Positions 39,419 through 52,502 of a stretch of DNA of 64,000 nt are shown in pieces. Within the stretch, counting starts at the first letter, position 1; each line of letters starts with the position of its first letter. The notes beneath the pieces are model-generated. The model had not been told where the DNA came from. It saw only the letters and a program-made list of their open reading frames with translations, and ran no database searches. A program made the translations under genes and the position numbers. Source of the DNA: Octopus vulgaris (taxonomy: Eukaryota); assembly GCA_951406725.2 (NCBI GenBank), contig OX597824.1, positions 24,118,001-24,182,000 of the forward strand. The letters are read 5' to 3'.

Positions 39419-39736
39419 AGAGAGAGAGAGAGTATACGGCTGTGTCTTTGTGTATGTGTGTTTTTGTGCGCGCGTGCTCGTGCTGTCCCGTGATGGATTG
39501 TTAACATATTCAAAGCAGTGTGTGTGTGTGTGTGTGTGACCATGTGTGAGTGTACGTGTACGAGTGAATGGGTGGGTGTGAATGGGTGGGTGGGCGTCAA
39601 TGTGGTCTCCTGAGTGTTATTGTAATATCAGGGATGACATGCCACATAAATGTGTACTTATGAATGCATATTTCTGTGCATATTGTGTGTATGTGTGTGT
39701 ATGAGTGTGTGTCCAATACTGTGTGTATTTGTGTGT

Positions 39737-39784
<48 letters not shown>

Positions 39785-40721
39785 TCTCATGGGTGATGCA
39801 GTATCGTGAGCGATGCGTAGGTGGAGTGGGATGTGTTATCTCGTGCATTGATATTGGAATATTGGCAAGGATGTGACGATGGTTGTGGTGGTGGTGGTGG
39901 TGGTAATTGTGGTGGTGGTTGTAGTGGTGGTTGTAGTGGTGGTGGTGGTGGTGGTGGTGGTGGTGGTGGTGGTGGTGGTGGCGGTGGCGACGGCGGCGGT
40001 GGTGGTTGTGGTGGTGGTGGTAGTTGTGGTGGTAGTTGTAGTGCTGGTTGTGGTAGTGGTGGTGGTGGTGGTGGCGGTGGCGGTGGCGACGGCGACAGTG
40101 GTGGTGGTGGTGGTGGTGGTAGTTGTGGTGGTGGTGGTGGTGGCGGTGGCGGTGGCGGTGGTGGTGGTGCTAAGGTGTCTGTGTACATGCAGCATGTCTG
40201 AATGTATGCGACACAAGGAGAGAGAAAAAGAAAAACAAAGAGCATTAAAGAGAGAGAGAGGGAGAGAAAGTGAGAGAGAGAAAGAAAGAAAGAAAGAGAG
40301 AGAGAGTCTGTTAGTGTGTTAGTCGGTCGGCTGGCGTGTAGGCTGGCTGGATGGCTGGCTGGCGGGCGGGCGGGCTGGCGGGCGGGCGGGCTGGATGGTG
40401 GCTGGTCTGCCGGTCTGTCGGTCGGTCTGTCTGCTTGTCGGTCGGTCGGTTGTCTCGTGATGTGTCCAGCAGGAATAACAAACAGAACGTTATAAAATAT
40501 GGAACCGAGAAGAAAGACAGAAAGAGAGAGACAGAGAGAGAGACAGACAGAGACAGAGACAGGGAGAGAGAGGGGCAAGAGCGAGTAAGAAGTAGAGAGT
40601 TTGTGGAAAACGAGAAGGGGAAAGGAGAGTGAGAAGGAGAGTAAGAAGGAGGGAGGAGAGTAAGAAGGAGGGAGGAGAGGAAGAGGCGCAAACTGACAGA
40701 CACAGACCGGGAAGAGAGAAT

Positions 40722-40752
<31 letters not shown>

Positions 40753-40898
40753 CTGGAGGGGAAGAAGAAGAAGAGAGAGGAGGAACAAGAGAAAGAGAGA
40801 GAGAGAGAGTGTGAATGAAACTCAGTGCAAGTATATGACCTACTAGAAATAACAGCCAATCTCTCAAAATGCACCATATCGTCTAAAATATTATATAA

Positions 40899-40937
<39 letters not shown>

Positions 40938-40938
<1 letters not shown>

Positions 40939-41195
40939 GGCGCATGGCTCAGTGGTTAGGGTGTTGCGCTCTCAATTGGAAGATCGTAGGTTCGATTCCC
41001 AGACCAAGGCGTTGCATTGCGTTCTTGAGCGTTGGTTGCACTGCAATCATTTCGTCATCTGACATGTGGCACTCTGTGCACCTGTACAGGTAATGTCGAT
41101 TTGATGGAGGGGGTGAGCTTATGTGAACACAAACATTTCATCACTATAAACAAATTATCTGTGTGGTTGTTCAGCAAAGAACGGGAGAGTCCATG
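40938..41195 (+). mobile_element. tRNA-derived SINE (third family; relatives at ~35305-35505 and ~26933-27835)
   Basis: A box TGGCTCAGTGG, B box GGTTCGATTCC, shared body GTCGATTTGATGGAGGG...CACTATAAACAAA. Confidence 0.75.
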
Positions 41196-41198
41196 GTG

Positions 41199-41237
<39 letters not shown>

Positions 41238-41241
41238 CATA

Positions 41242-41283
<42 letters not shown>

Positions 41284-41284
<1 letters not shown>

Positions 41285-41499
41285 TTTATTTAAAGCAGCA
41301 GAAAATTCAACAAAATCTGTTACTCTGAGTTTCTCGTTGCCGTTCATCAGACAAAAAACTGTCTGATGAACGGCAACGAGAAACTCAAGTAACAGATTTT
41401 GTTGAATTTTCTGCTGCTTTAAATAAAGCACATTACTCTACCACTGGTATTTGAGTACTCTTTTTTCCACCATGTTTCACATTTATGTGTTTACTCCGG
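41284..41499. mobile_element. Palindromic double-hammerhead element in (TA)n
   Basis: 41284-41428 is a near-perfect palindrome with HHRs on minus (41317-41353) and plus (41359-41395), followed by a unique tail to 41499. Confidence 0.85.
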
Positions 41500-41581
41500 T
41501 ATATATATATATACTGTGAAAATAATAAGTGTAGAAAATTTAGAAAAACTTTCATACTGGGGGATAGCATGCGTAATGACA

Positions 41582-41668
<87 letters not shown>

Positions 41669-41669
41669 C

Positions 41670-41936
41670 ACGTGATCACGTGACCGACCAGGCTATCAGA
41701 TGTTGCTCTACATCGCTGGTCACAATGCGCTTCGCATTGTTTTAGCCTTCAAATGACGCCACCCCGCTGGCTAAGCGAGCAGGCCAACAGAAGAAAGAGC
41801 GGGAGAAAGTTGTGGCGAAAGAGTACAGCAGGGTTCGCCACCACCCACTGCTGGAGCATCGTGGAGCTTTAGGTGTTTTCGCTCAATAAACACACACAAC
41901 GCCCGGTCTGGGAATCGAAACCGCGATCCTCCGACC
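41670..41936 (-). mobile_element. tRNA-derived SINE, 5'-truncated (relative at 63240-63530 on +)
   Basis: Minus B box GGTTTCGATTCCC; body GTTGGCCTG.TCGC.TA.CCAG...GGCGTC..T.GAA.GCT.AAACAATGC shared with ~63420-63520. Confidence 0.65.
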
Positions 41937-41971
41937 ATATATATATATATGAGCATGTATATTATATATAA

Positions 41972-42016
<45 letters not shown>

Positions 42017-42017
<1 letters not shown>

Positions 42018-42404
42018 GAATAGTTACTATGAAGCATTGTGTAGAATATATTGGGTAAGGCCAAAACATTGCAATGTAAATACAAGGTAAAGCACAAGAC
42101 AACAAATATGTGATGTAGTCTTACCTTGCATTCAATATTTCGGGGTTATGACCCCATTTTCAAGAAATTAAGGAATGTTGCAGATGTACGTGTGTGTGGA
42201 ATGGACATGTCCACTCTGCAACATTCGTTAATTCCTTGAGGATGGGGGTCATAACCCCGAAATATTGAACGCAAGGTAAGTCTACATTAATTCATATATT
42301 TGGTTTCTTGTGATTTGCCTTGCATTTTTACTTCGCATTGTTCTGGCCTTACCCACAATCCTTTATACAATATATTCTCCACAGTTCTTCATAGTAACTA
42401 TTCC
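42017..42404. mobile_element. ~390-bp imperfect palindrome with an HHR-like motif on each arm
   Basis: GGAATAGTTACTATGAAG ... CTTCATAGTAACTATTCC ends. Minus 42131-42166: ttc-TTGAAAA-t-gggg(tcataa)cccc-GAAA-ta-TT-gaa. Plus 42232-42269 has core TTGAGGA. Confidence 0.75.
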
Positions 42405-43067
42405 ATTAGTGTGTGTATGTATATACACGCATAGTGCTAATTTAGATAATATGCGTGTGTTTTACTTTCATGAGAATTAGGGCGACAGTGCCATCGAAGT
42501 TTCGCTCTGCTAACCGTTTTCCTGTCAGAAAACGTATTGAGTAATATTTTAGCTTCAAACACAGAACAAAGTTTAATATACATACATACATACATATACA
42601 TTTATATACACACGCACTCGCACACAAACACACAATGTGCGCATGTGTAGAAAATGATATTTTTAATAAGTACAAGGACCCCTTTTGGTTATAGATCTCC
42701 TTATTTAGGGCTGGCCTAGGTTTCAATAGCGATAGCAGGATGTAATGTTAAATTTTTTTTCAAAGAATTTCCTGGAAAAGTAAGATGGTAAAAGAGAAAG
42801 CGCGGAGATGAAGGAAGAAAGATGATGATAATGATGATGGCGACGACGACAGCGGTGGTGGTGGTGGGTGTCGTGGTGGTGGTGGTGGTGGTGGTAAAGG
42901 TGATGGTGATGGTGTTGGTAAAGGTGATGGTGATGGTGTTGGTAAAGGTGATGGTGATGGTGAAAGTTGTGGTGATCGTCGTCGTGATGGTGGTGATGGT
43001 AGCGATCGAGATCGCCGGTTGTTAACGATGATCATGATCCTCATCATTCACGTTCGACGAACATAAA

Positions 43068-43206
43068 TGAAGAAGAAGAAGAAGAAGAAGAAGAAGAAGA
43101 AGAAGAAGGAGAAGAAGAAGAAGAAGAAGAAGAAGAAGAAGACGACGACGACGACGACGACAAAGAAGAAGAAGAAGAAGAAGAAGAACAAGAACAAGAA
43201 GAAGAA

Positions 43207-43238
<32 letters not shown>

Positions 43239-43587
43239 AGAAGAAGAAGAAGAAGAAGAAGAAGACGACGACGACAACGACGACGACGAAGAAGAAGAAG
43301 AAGAAGAAGAAGAAGGAGGAGGAGGAGGAGGAGGAGGAGAAGAAGAAGAACAAGAAGAACAAGAAGAGGAAGAAGGAGAAGAAGAAGAAGAACAAGAAGA
43401 AGAGGAAGAATAAGAAAAAGAAGAGGAAGAAGAAGAAGAACAAGAAGAAGAACAAGAAGAACAAGAAGAACAAGAAGAGGAAGAAGAAGAGAAGAAGAAG
43501 AAGAAGAAGAAGAAGAGAAGAAGAAGAAAGAAGAAAAGAAGAGAGAAGAAGGAGAAGAAGAAGAAGAAGAAGAAGAACAAGAAGAAC

Positions 43588-43618
<31 letters not shown>

Positions 43619-43709
43619 AGAAGAAGAAGAAGAAGAAGAAGAAGAAGAAGAAGAAGAAGAAGAAGAAGAAGAAGAAGAAGAAGAAGAAGAAGAAGAAGAA
43701 GAAGAAGAA
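43068..43709. repeat. (GAA)n/(GAC)n compound microsatellite
   Basis: Direct reading. Confidence 0.95.
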
Positions 43710-45865
43710 TTTATATATAGCTTTTTCATTATAACTCAGGCTGAGACTGTGTCTTGCGACTTGAAATTAACACCACTAACATCTTCCGGTGAAACCCTGA
43801 AGATTGCAGAGGCGTGAAACAAGTCTCGCGAGACAAACTCCCAGCCTCGAATTTTTAATACAAAGCACATACCTCCTCTGTAACATGTATTGTGCATTCC
43901 TTGCTCATAAATACGATTTTAAACAACGTACGTATGTATGTATTCATATTTGTGTAAGATAATTTTTAACACGCTCGAACGGATTCGGATTTGTGAAGGT
44001 CTTTCGATGCAGAGATAACCCTGAGAGAAAATTCTTCTCCTGGATACCACGTTTTTTTAAACCACGCTGGACTGTGAAAGAATGAATATATATTATATAA
44101 ACCACATTGAAGTATTGGAGTAGGGATCCCAAGTTAACTAGCGGGGATACTGCAAGTTAACATGGGATCCCGTGATGACAATGTAACCTTCATTTAACTA
44201 AGGTATCTTCGGTCTGATGAGTAGATAGTGGAATATCTCTCGTTGCATAATATTTACTTCCGAAATTTTGCTAACTAGGAAACATATGTAGCCTGGATTT
44301 TTCCTGTTCCGTTCCTCCAGTTTGAATTCTTATTCGCATATACAGCAATCTCAGCTGCTAACCGTAAACTATAAAATAACTGTTTCCCGCTTATCGAACT
44401 TCGATATGGGAAAAATTTACAACCTTCTACGCTAATAAACTACTATTGTCTCGAAAGATGTTTTTTATACCTTCTAGGGACTGCTCGAAGCTTAAAACTT
44501 CCTAAACCTGGATTCTTTAACCTTTCAAGGTTGTCCCCCAGCATGGGAGGGATCCAGTAACTTGAACAAGAAAAGATAAAAGATTTAAAGATAGTACTTT
44601 CTACTATCGGCACAAGGCCTGAAATTTTCTGGGGGAAGGAATAAGTTAATTACATTGACCTCAATACTCGACTGGTACTTATTTTATCGACCCCAAAAAG
44701 ATGAATATCAAAGTTGACCTCGTTGACCTTGTTGGAATCTCAGCTTTGACCGTAAAGGAGGACGATACGCCGCTAATAAATGAAAGCTGGTATATTTAAA
44801 ATAACCTTCGTGGTGAGGAGAAGAATAATTTGTTTTTGCAGTTAAATTTGAAAATTGAGACAACTCCGCAAATTCTAAATTGATTTAAGAAAAAGAAATA
44901 TTGAGTCGAAGATACATACGCAGAATGGAAAGAGTACATCGACCACAAGAACACCGACCCGCTCTAGCCACTACCAACAAATATAGCAACAATAACAACA
45001 ACAGCAACAATAACAGCACCAATAACAGCAACAACAACGAACATTAAAGATTGGGAGAAAAATTTAGTAGGAGTGTTAAAAAAATCTATGGTGACGTCTC
45101 TTATTTAACACGCGGGACCAGAAGAGAAAAATTGACAGTTAAGACGGAGTGGGAGTTTGTTTTCAAAAGAACAGACGATAGCATAACTGCTGACGTCAGC
45201 AGATTTATTAGTTTAATGGTGGATGTTAAGAATCTTTAATATATATCATTGTTTGAGGAGAGATAGGCAAAGAGGCATACATAATAGATTGGATATATGG
45301 AAATAATGTCTTTATTAATAATATGTATGTGTAGGTGTCGGCGTTTGTGTTTCTATGTGAGTTTTATACGCATATTCTGTGTGTGTGTGTGTCCGTCTAT
45401 GTGTCTATGTGTGTGTGTGTATGTTGTGTTTGAACTATGTACATGTGTGTGTAGACGCGTGTTCATGAGAGTGTGGGTGTATGCACATGTGTGAGTGCGT
45501 GAGTGTATGTAAGTGTACATGTGTGTGTGTAGTGTAGACATTCGGCAATATGGTGATGTGTATTTATAACTAGATATATTTGAAGATATAGCACACACAC
45601 ACACATATATATATATATACATATATATATACACATATACACATACATATACATATATATATATATATATACATATATATATGTACGTGTGTGTGTGTCT
45701 GTGTGCCTGTGTTTGTGTGTGTGTCTGTGTGCCTGTGTTTGTGTATGTGCGAGTGTATATGTGTATAGGTAAATGTCACCATATGGTAATATGTATTTAT
45801 AGCCAAATATATTTAACGATGTAGGCGTATATATATAGATATATACATACACAAACACAAGCCCC

Positions 45866-45896
<31 letters not shown>

Positions 45897-46057
45897 TTGT
45901 ATGTATATGTATATATGTGTATATATAGATATGTGTGTGTGTGTATGTCTATATATGTATATATGTACTTATATGTTTTCATGTCTATATTTATCTATAT
46001 ATGTATATGTAGTTACATGTGCAAGTACATGTGTGTGTGCATGTGTATATTAACATA

Positions 46058-46114
<57 letters not shown>

Positions 46115-46268
46115 GTGTTTGTGTGTGCGTGTTTACATTACATACATATGAATATATACATTTATATCTATGTATGTATCGATGTATACATACGTCGATG
46201 TAAATATATGTGTGTGCGCGCGGGCGTTAGTACGCACGTATGTACGTGTGTATGTATGTATGTATGTA

Positions 46269-46311
<43 letters not shown>

Positions 46312-46726
46312 TTGCATGTGTACGTCTAATTATAGTTACTGTTACAGACAGCCAAGTGGAAGAATTTCATTCTACCAAACTCAAAGACCAGTTTTACATG
46401 GATTATTGATGTTTGACTGTCAATTCTTCAAGTCCATTGTAAAGATGTCTCCCTTTTCTCCTTCGGGGGACACACAAGTCTCAAGACGAAAATAGGGCAG
46501 CGGTGAGGGAGGTGGGGGACGGCAAGGAGGTTGGGTGATCGAATGATATTGATGACTTACAATAGGCTGATTGTGTGATGGATCGAACGCTGTCCGTACC
46601 AGCTTTTCTTGTCTCATTCTGTTTCGTGGGTTTTTAATAAAGTGTGACATGGAAAGGTGTGTGTCTGTGTGTGTACATACAAATGTATTGATAGTATATA
46701 TATATATATATATATGTGTATGTATG

Positions 46727-46843
<117 letters not shown>

Positions 46844-48587
46844 GAAGAGAAGTGTGTGGAAATAACTTTCACAATCGCCAGAGGATATTTCGCGATTGAT
46901 GCCGTCATCGTAATCATTGTCTTGTTTCCGTCGTCGATATCGTCATCTTCTTTTTCTTCTTCATTTTCTTCGTCTTCTTCGTCCTCATCTTCTTCTTCTT
47001 CGTCGTCGTCGTCGTCTTCTTCTTCGTTATCTTCTTCTTCTTCGTCGTCGTCGTCGTCTTGTTCTTCGTTATCTTCTTCTTCTTCTTCTTCTTTTTTTCT
47101 TCTTCTTCTTCTTCTTCTTCGCCTTCTTCTTCTTCTTCTTCTTCTTCTTCTTCTTCTTCTCTTCTTCTTCTTCTTCTCTGCTTCCTCCTCCTCTTCTTCT
47201 TCTTCATCGTCTTCTTCTTCCTCCTCCTCTTCTTCACCAACACCACTTCTACTATTGTCCTCACCACCAACAACAACAACACTATCCGCCTGCCCACTAA
47301 TATTATCGTCTCTGGTGGTGGTGGTGCCCACTAATATCATCGTCTCTTTGTCGTCTCCGTGGTGGTGGTGAAGATGAAGAAAGAGGAGGAGGAGGAGAAA
47401 ATAAAAAGGAAGAATATGAAGAAGAAGAAAAAGAAGAAGATGACAATATTGACGACGGAAACAAACCAATGATAAAGATGACGGCATCAAAACCATCACC
47501 ACCCCCAAAACCATCACCACCACTGCCTCCACCATCATATCACCATTCTCATGTCAACGGCGAAACCCACGGCCACGATCACAATCATCAACACGACTAC
47601 AACCATTACCATTAACATGACAAGCACCAACGCCACCACCAACACCAAGCACCAAGAATACCATCACCAACAACAACACCAACAGAAATACCACCCCCAT
47701 ATGCACGCCGATACCACCATCACCAACATCACCACCACCTCCATCACCATGATCCCGCACCAAAACCAACACACTGCCACCACTACCACCGCCACCAAAA
47801 CCCCTCACACCACCACCAACCACACCACCATCACCAGTACCACCGCCACCATCACCACTGTCACCACGAGCATCAACAACAACATTACCAATAACATCAT
47901 CATCATGCTCATCATTGCCGTTGTCATCATCATTATCATCGACATCATCATCATCATCATCATCATAATTATCATCATCGTCATCATCATCATCCACGCC
48001 GTCGTCGTCATCATTATCGACATCACCATCACCATCATCATCATCATTATCATCATCACCATCATCACCATCATCTTGATCATCATCATCATCGTCATCA
48101 CGATTATCATCACCTCTCCAACACTATCAAACCATACCACCAGTGTCCCCACTGCAGCCACCAACACCACCGTCATCACCACTACCAACACTACCATTAA
48201 CACTACTACAACATCCAATACAACCATCAGTGATACCACGCAGCCTACTGGCACCAACACCTCCACCATCACCACTGCCGCCGCCACCAAAGCTACGAAA
48301 CTGACGACCATAGAACCTACACCAACATCTTCACCCCCACCGCCGCCACCATTAACATCCTCATCAGCATCATCACCATCATCCTCATTTCCACCAACAA
48401 CATCATTATAACCAATATCATCACCACCTCCATCATCACCATCATCACCATCATCGCCATCATCGCCACCATCACCACCACCACCAACAATAACAACAGC
48501 AGCACTGACTCCACCATCATTCGCATCACCACCGATATCATTACCGCCACCTCCACCACCGCCGCCGCCTTCACCACCGGCGGCAGC

Positions 48588-48621
<34 letters not shown>

Positions 48622-48871
48622 TCATCACCATCACCACAATCAAGGTGTAACATAAAACCCACTCGTCGACCCTTCGGGTTGTGTTACAGCGGTAATAGTC
48701 ACGTGATGCTACAGAATTAGGCGTGCGGTGGTGGGTGATGGCGGAGGAGCAGCAAGAAGTAGCGCCCTCTATATGGAAATGCCCTGCTTGCGTAATTTTA
48801 CACACGCACACACTGTACGACTGCGCAACCGATGTCGACCATGGTAATGATGAGGATGATGATGACGACGG

Positions 48872-48922
<51 letters not shown>

Positions 48923-48986
48923 CGACGGTAGTGATGATGATGATGATGATGACGACGGTGATGATGATGATGATGATGATGACGAC

Positions 48987-49042
<56 letters not shown>

Positions 49043-49048
49043 CGACGG

Positions 49049-49090
<42 letters not shown>

Positions 49091-49091
49091 C

Positions 49092-49150
<59 letters not shown>

Positions 49151-49534
49151 CGGACATTACTTAGCCATCTGTTTTACTGAAGAATTTCTTTACCTCCTTC
49201 CGCACTCTTACCCCTCTCTATCTCTCTCTGTCTCTTTCTTTTTCTCTCTCTCTCTTTCTCTGTCTTCCTTTTTTTTCCTCTCTGTCGACCAATCTACCTA
49301 TCTATCTACTTCGTATTTCTACCTATTTCTCAACACCTCTCCATCATTTCAGTTTCGTTCTAAGTATCTCTGCTTACCTTTTCGCACAAATAGGTTTGTG
49401 TGTGTATGTGTGTGCGTGCGAGTGTGTATTCATATATATAATTATATATATAATAATAATAATATTAGGGAGTAAATCCAAACTTACAGGGAAAAATTAG
49501 ATTTAGGATTAAATCTAATATATAGTATAAATAA

Positions 49535-49888
49535 ATATTATATTATATTTGAGATAAAACCACAATTAGGCAAATCAAACAGTAAAAATCATAAGCCAAT
49601 ACATAGAAATAAAATTAATTAAAATATATAAAATATAAAATATAAAAAATATAAAATTCCAAATTAAAATATTTAAAATAGAAATAAAATTAATTAAAAA
49701 ATATAGAATATAGAATATAAAAAATATAAAATTCCAAATTAAAATATATTTAAATATTTTAATTTGAAATTTTATATTTTTTATATTTTATATTTTATAT
49801 TTTTTAATTAATTTTATTTCTATGTATTGGCTTATGATTTTTCACTGTTTGATTTGCCTAATAGTGGTTTTATCTCTAATATAATATT
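49535..49888. repeat. AT-rich ~350-bp palindrome in an element whose end matches ~21410-21443
   Basis: GAGATAAAACCAC..TTAGGCAAATCAAACAGT / ACTGTTTGATTTGCCTAA..GTGGTTTTATCTC arms; internal ~70-bp tandem duplication. Confidence 0.8.
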
Positions 49889-49956
49889 ATTATATATATA
49901 TATATATATATATACATACATACATACATACATACATACATACATACATACATGCA

Positions 49957-50019
<63 letters not shown>

Positions 50020-50342
50020 GTATGTATGACCGAGATCCCAGATAGCGACTTCTTACCCAAGAGTAACAAGAGTAAACCCATATAGATGATGATGATGATG
50101 ATGATGATGATAATGATGATGGTGCTGCTGCTGCTGCTGCTGCTTGCGGTGGTGGTGATGATGTTGATGATGGTGTGATGATGATGATGATGATACCTCT
50201 TATTTCAAAATTCTTTGTATCTCAGCCTTATAATGAGTTTACTCTTGGATAACAAATCGCCACCCGCGATCTCAGCCATCCAAGAATTTTCGAATGATCT
50301 TCTTTGTTTCTTCTGAAGAGCAGACTTGCCGCATATAATATA

Positions 50343-50745
50343 CTAGCAGTATCGCCCGGCGTTGCTCGGGTTTGTAAGGGAAATAACTATATAAGCATTT
50401 TTAGAGAGTTATAACCAAAAAAATAGCAAAAAATGCATTAAAAATGGAAAAAAATGGTGGTAAATTTTTTTTAAATCGTTGACTCATCGTAGACATTTTT
50501 AGAGAGTTACTTCCCTTATATAATAGCGAAAAAATGCATTAAAATGGAAAAAAATGATGGTAATTTTTTTTTAAATCGTAGACTCATCGTAGACGCGCGC
50601 TAATACCCAGAAGGGCTCGATATGAATCACGACTATAAGATACCCGGTTTTGGTTAAACTGCACCGCAAAATGTGGGAGCAGTTGGGAATCTACGAGTAA
50701 ATCGTAGGAGACAGACAGCACACAACTTGACTTTTATATATAATA
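50343..50745 (-). mobile_element. Non-autonomous Helitron (second copy)
   Basis: Reverse complement of 10672-11057, including the hairpin and CTAG end. Confidence 0.85.
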
Positions 50746-50890
50746 TATGTACTTCTGCAAAGCCAATCTTATTATCAAGTCTACCTCTCGTTCTATTGGG
50801 ATCGATGAAATACGTACTTGTTGAACGCCAGAGTATCTCGTGTCTGCCCTCAATACTTTAGGCGTTGTGTCTATAGTAAAAAGGATTAGG

Positions 50891-50947
<57 letters not shown>

Positions 50948-51648
50948 GAGTGAGAGAGCAGTTCATGCCATCAAAGTGACACTGGGGTAAAATATACGAA
51001 GCCCAATATACCTATCATGACTACCCGTCTGATAAGGGTACACTAGGCACATGTATCACAACCATATGTGCGCGACATGGTGATCTCATATCAAGATAAA
51101 CAGCACATGACCTTGCAGGTGGGGGCCCAGTTAGAATTTTCTTCAGGTCGAGTAACCCATCCCACTCGAAAGGTCCCTGAATAAGGGTTGTTTAAGGATG
51201 TTGAACGAAACACCCATGTTTCCAGAGGTGAATTATTGAAACCCCAAAGAATCCCTCTCAACACATGGCTATGATGCTCCCCCACTACTTATTATTATTA
51301 TTATCATTGAGTGAGAGAGCAGTGCATGCCATCAAAGTGACACTGGGGTAAAATATACGAAGCCCAATATACCTATCATGACTACCCGTCTGATAAGGGT
51401 ACACCAGGCACATGCATCACAACCATATGTGCGCGACATGGTGATCTCATATCAAGATAAACAGCACATGACCTTGCAGGTGGGGCCCAGTTAGAATTCT
51501 CTTCAGGTTGAGTAGCCCATCCCACTCGAAAGGTCCCTGAATAAGGGTTGTTTAAGGATGTTGAACGAAACACCCATGTTTCCAGAGGTGAATTATTCAA
51601 ACCCCAAAGAATCCCTCTCAACACATGGCTATGATGTTCCCCCACTAC

Positions 51649-51650
<2 letters not shown>
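50948..51650 (-). mobile_element. Two tandem, identically truncated ~340-bp copies of a non-coding element in (TAA)n
   Basis: 50948-51290 and 51309-51650 are near-identical; longer copy at ~58328-58891 on +. Confidence 0.85.
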
Positions 51651-51688
<38 letters not shown>

Positions 51689-51705
51689 CATTATTATTAT
51701 TATTA

Positions 51706-52115
51706 CTGCCTTTGCACAGCTGCTAACGCTGGAGATGTACTACGGTGTCAGCTGTTCACTGCCAGTGAACTAAGGTAACTCCTCTTATTTTTCAAGCACC
51801 TTCCGGAGTATTCGATCGGTTCCAAGCAGTGCTGTTTTCTGCATGTGCTCCACCCTTATTGCAGCCCCTATTTGTTCCATGTACTTCTCGAGATTTTTGC
51901 TCACTCTTCCCAGGGCTCTGCCAATTATTGGTACTACTGCTACCTTTTTGATTGACCACGACTGCTTAACTTCCCAAGCTAACCTGTCATATCTCTCGAC
52001 TTTTCTTTCTTCCATATCGCACACCTTGTTGTCAGCTGGGCATGCTATATCTATGATCCAGCATAGTTTGTTTTCTTTCTCAATTAAGATTGTCTGGCTT
52101 CCTATTCTTGATGCA
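51706..52115 (-). mobile_element. Dong/R4-clade non-LTR retrotransposon 3' end (restriction-like endonuclease) in (TAA)n
   Basis: Minus translation RKPD/LIEKENKLCWIIDIACPADNKVCDMEERKVERYDRL...VVPIIGRALG...MQKTALLGTDRILRKVL; (TAA)n tail. Confidence 0.8.
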
Positions 52116-52136
52116 GCATATTATTATTATTATTAT

Positions 52137-52187
<51 letters not shown>

Positions 52188-52465
52188 GACGACGACGACG
52201 ACGACGACAACGACGACTACTAATTCGGCGAGCTAGTAGAATCGCTACTGCGCCGGGCAGAATGCTTAGCAGCATTTCGGCCGTCTTTACGCTTTACGTT
52301 CAAATTCAGCTACGGGTGACATTGCCTTTGATTCTTTCGGGGTCGATGTAATAAGAACCTGCAAAGTAGTGGAGTCGATTTAATCAACTGAACCCCCAAC
52401 AATTCAGACATTGTGCTTATAGTAGAAAAGATTATTGTTGCTGCTGTTGCTGTTGCTGCTGTTGC

Positions 52466-52502
<37 letters not shown>

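Noticed and set aside
44210-44250. GGTCTGATGAGTAGATA...TATCT as a hammerhead
   Set aside because: Lacks GAAA, stem III and stem I pairing.
47551-48662. Mucin-like or Gly/Asp-rich long ORFs
   Set aside because: Degenerate (CAC/CAT/CAA)n repeats are open in several frames on both strands; no splice or start context.
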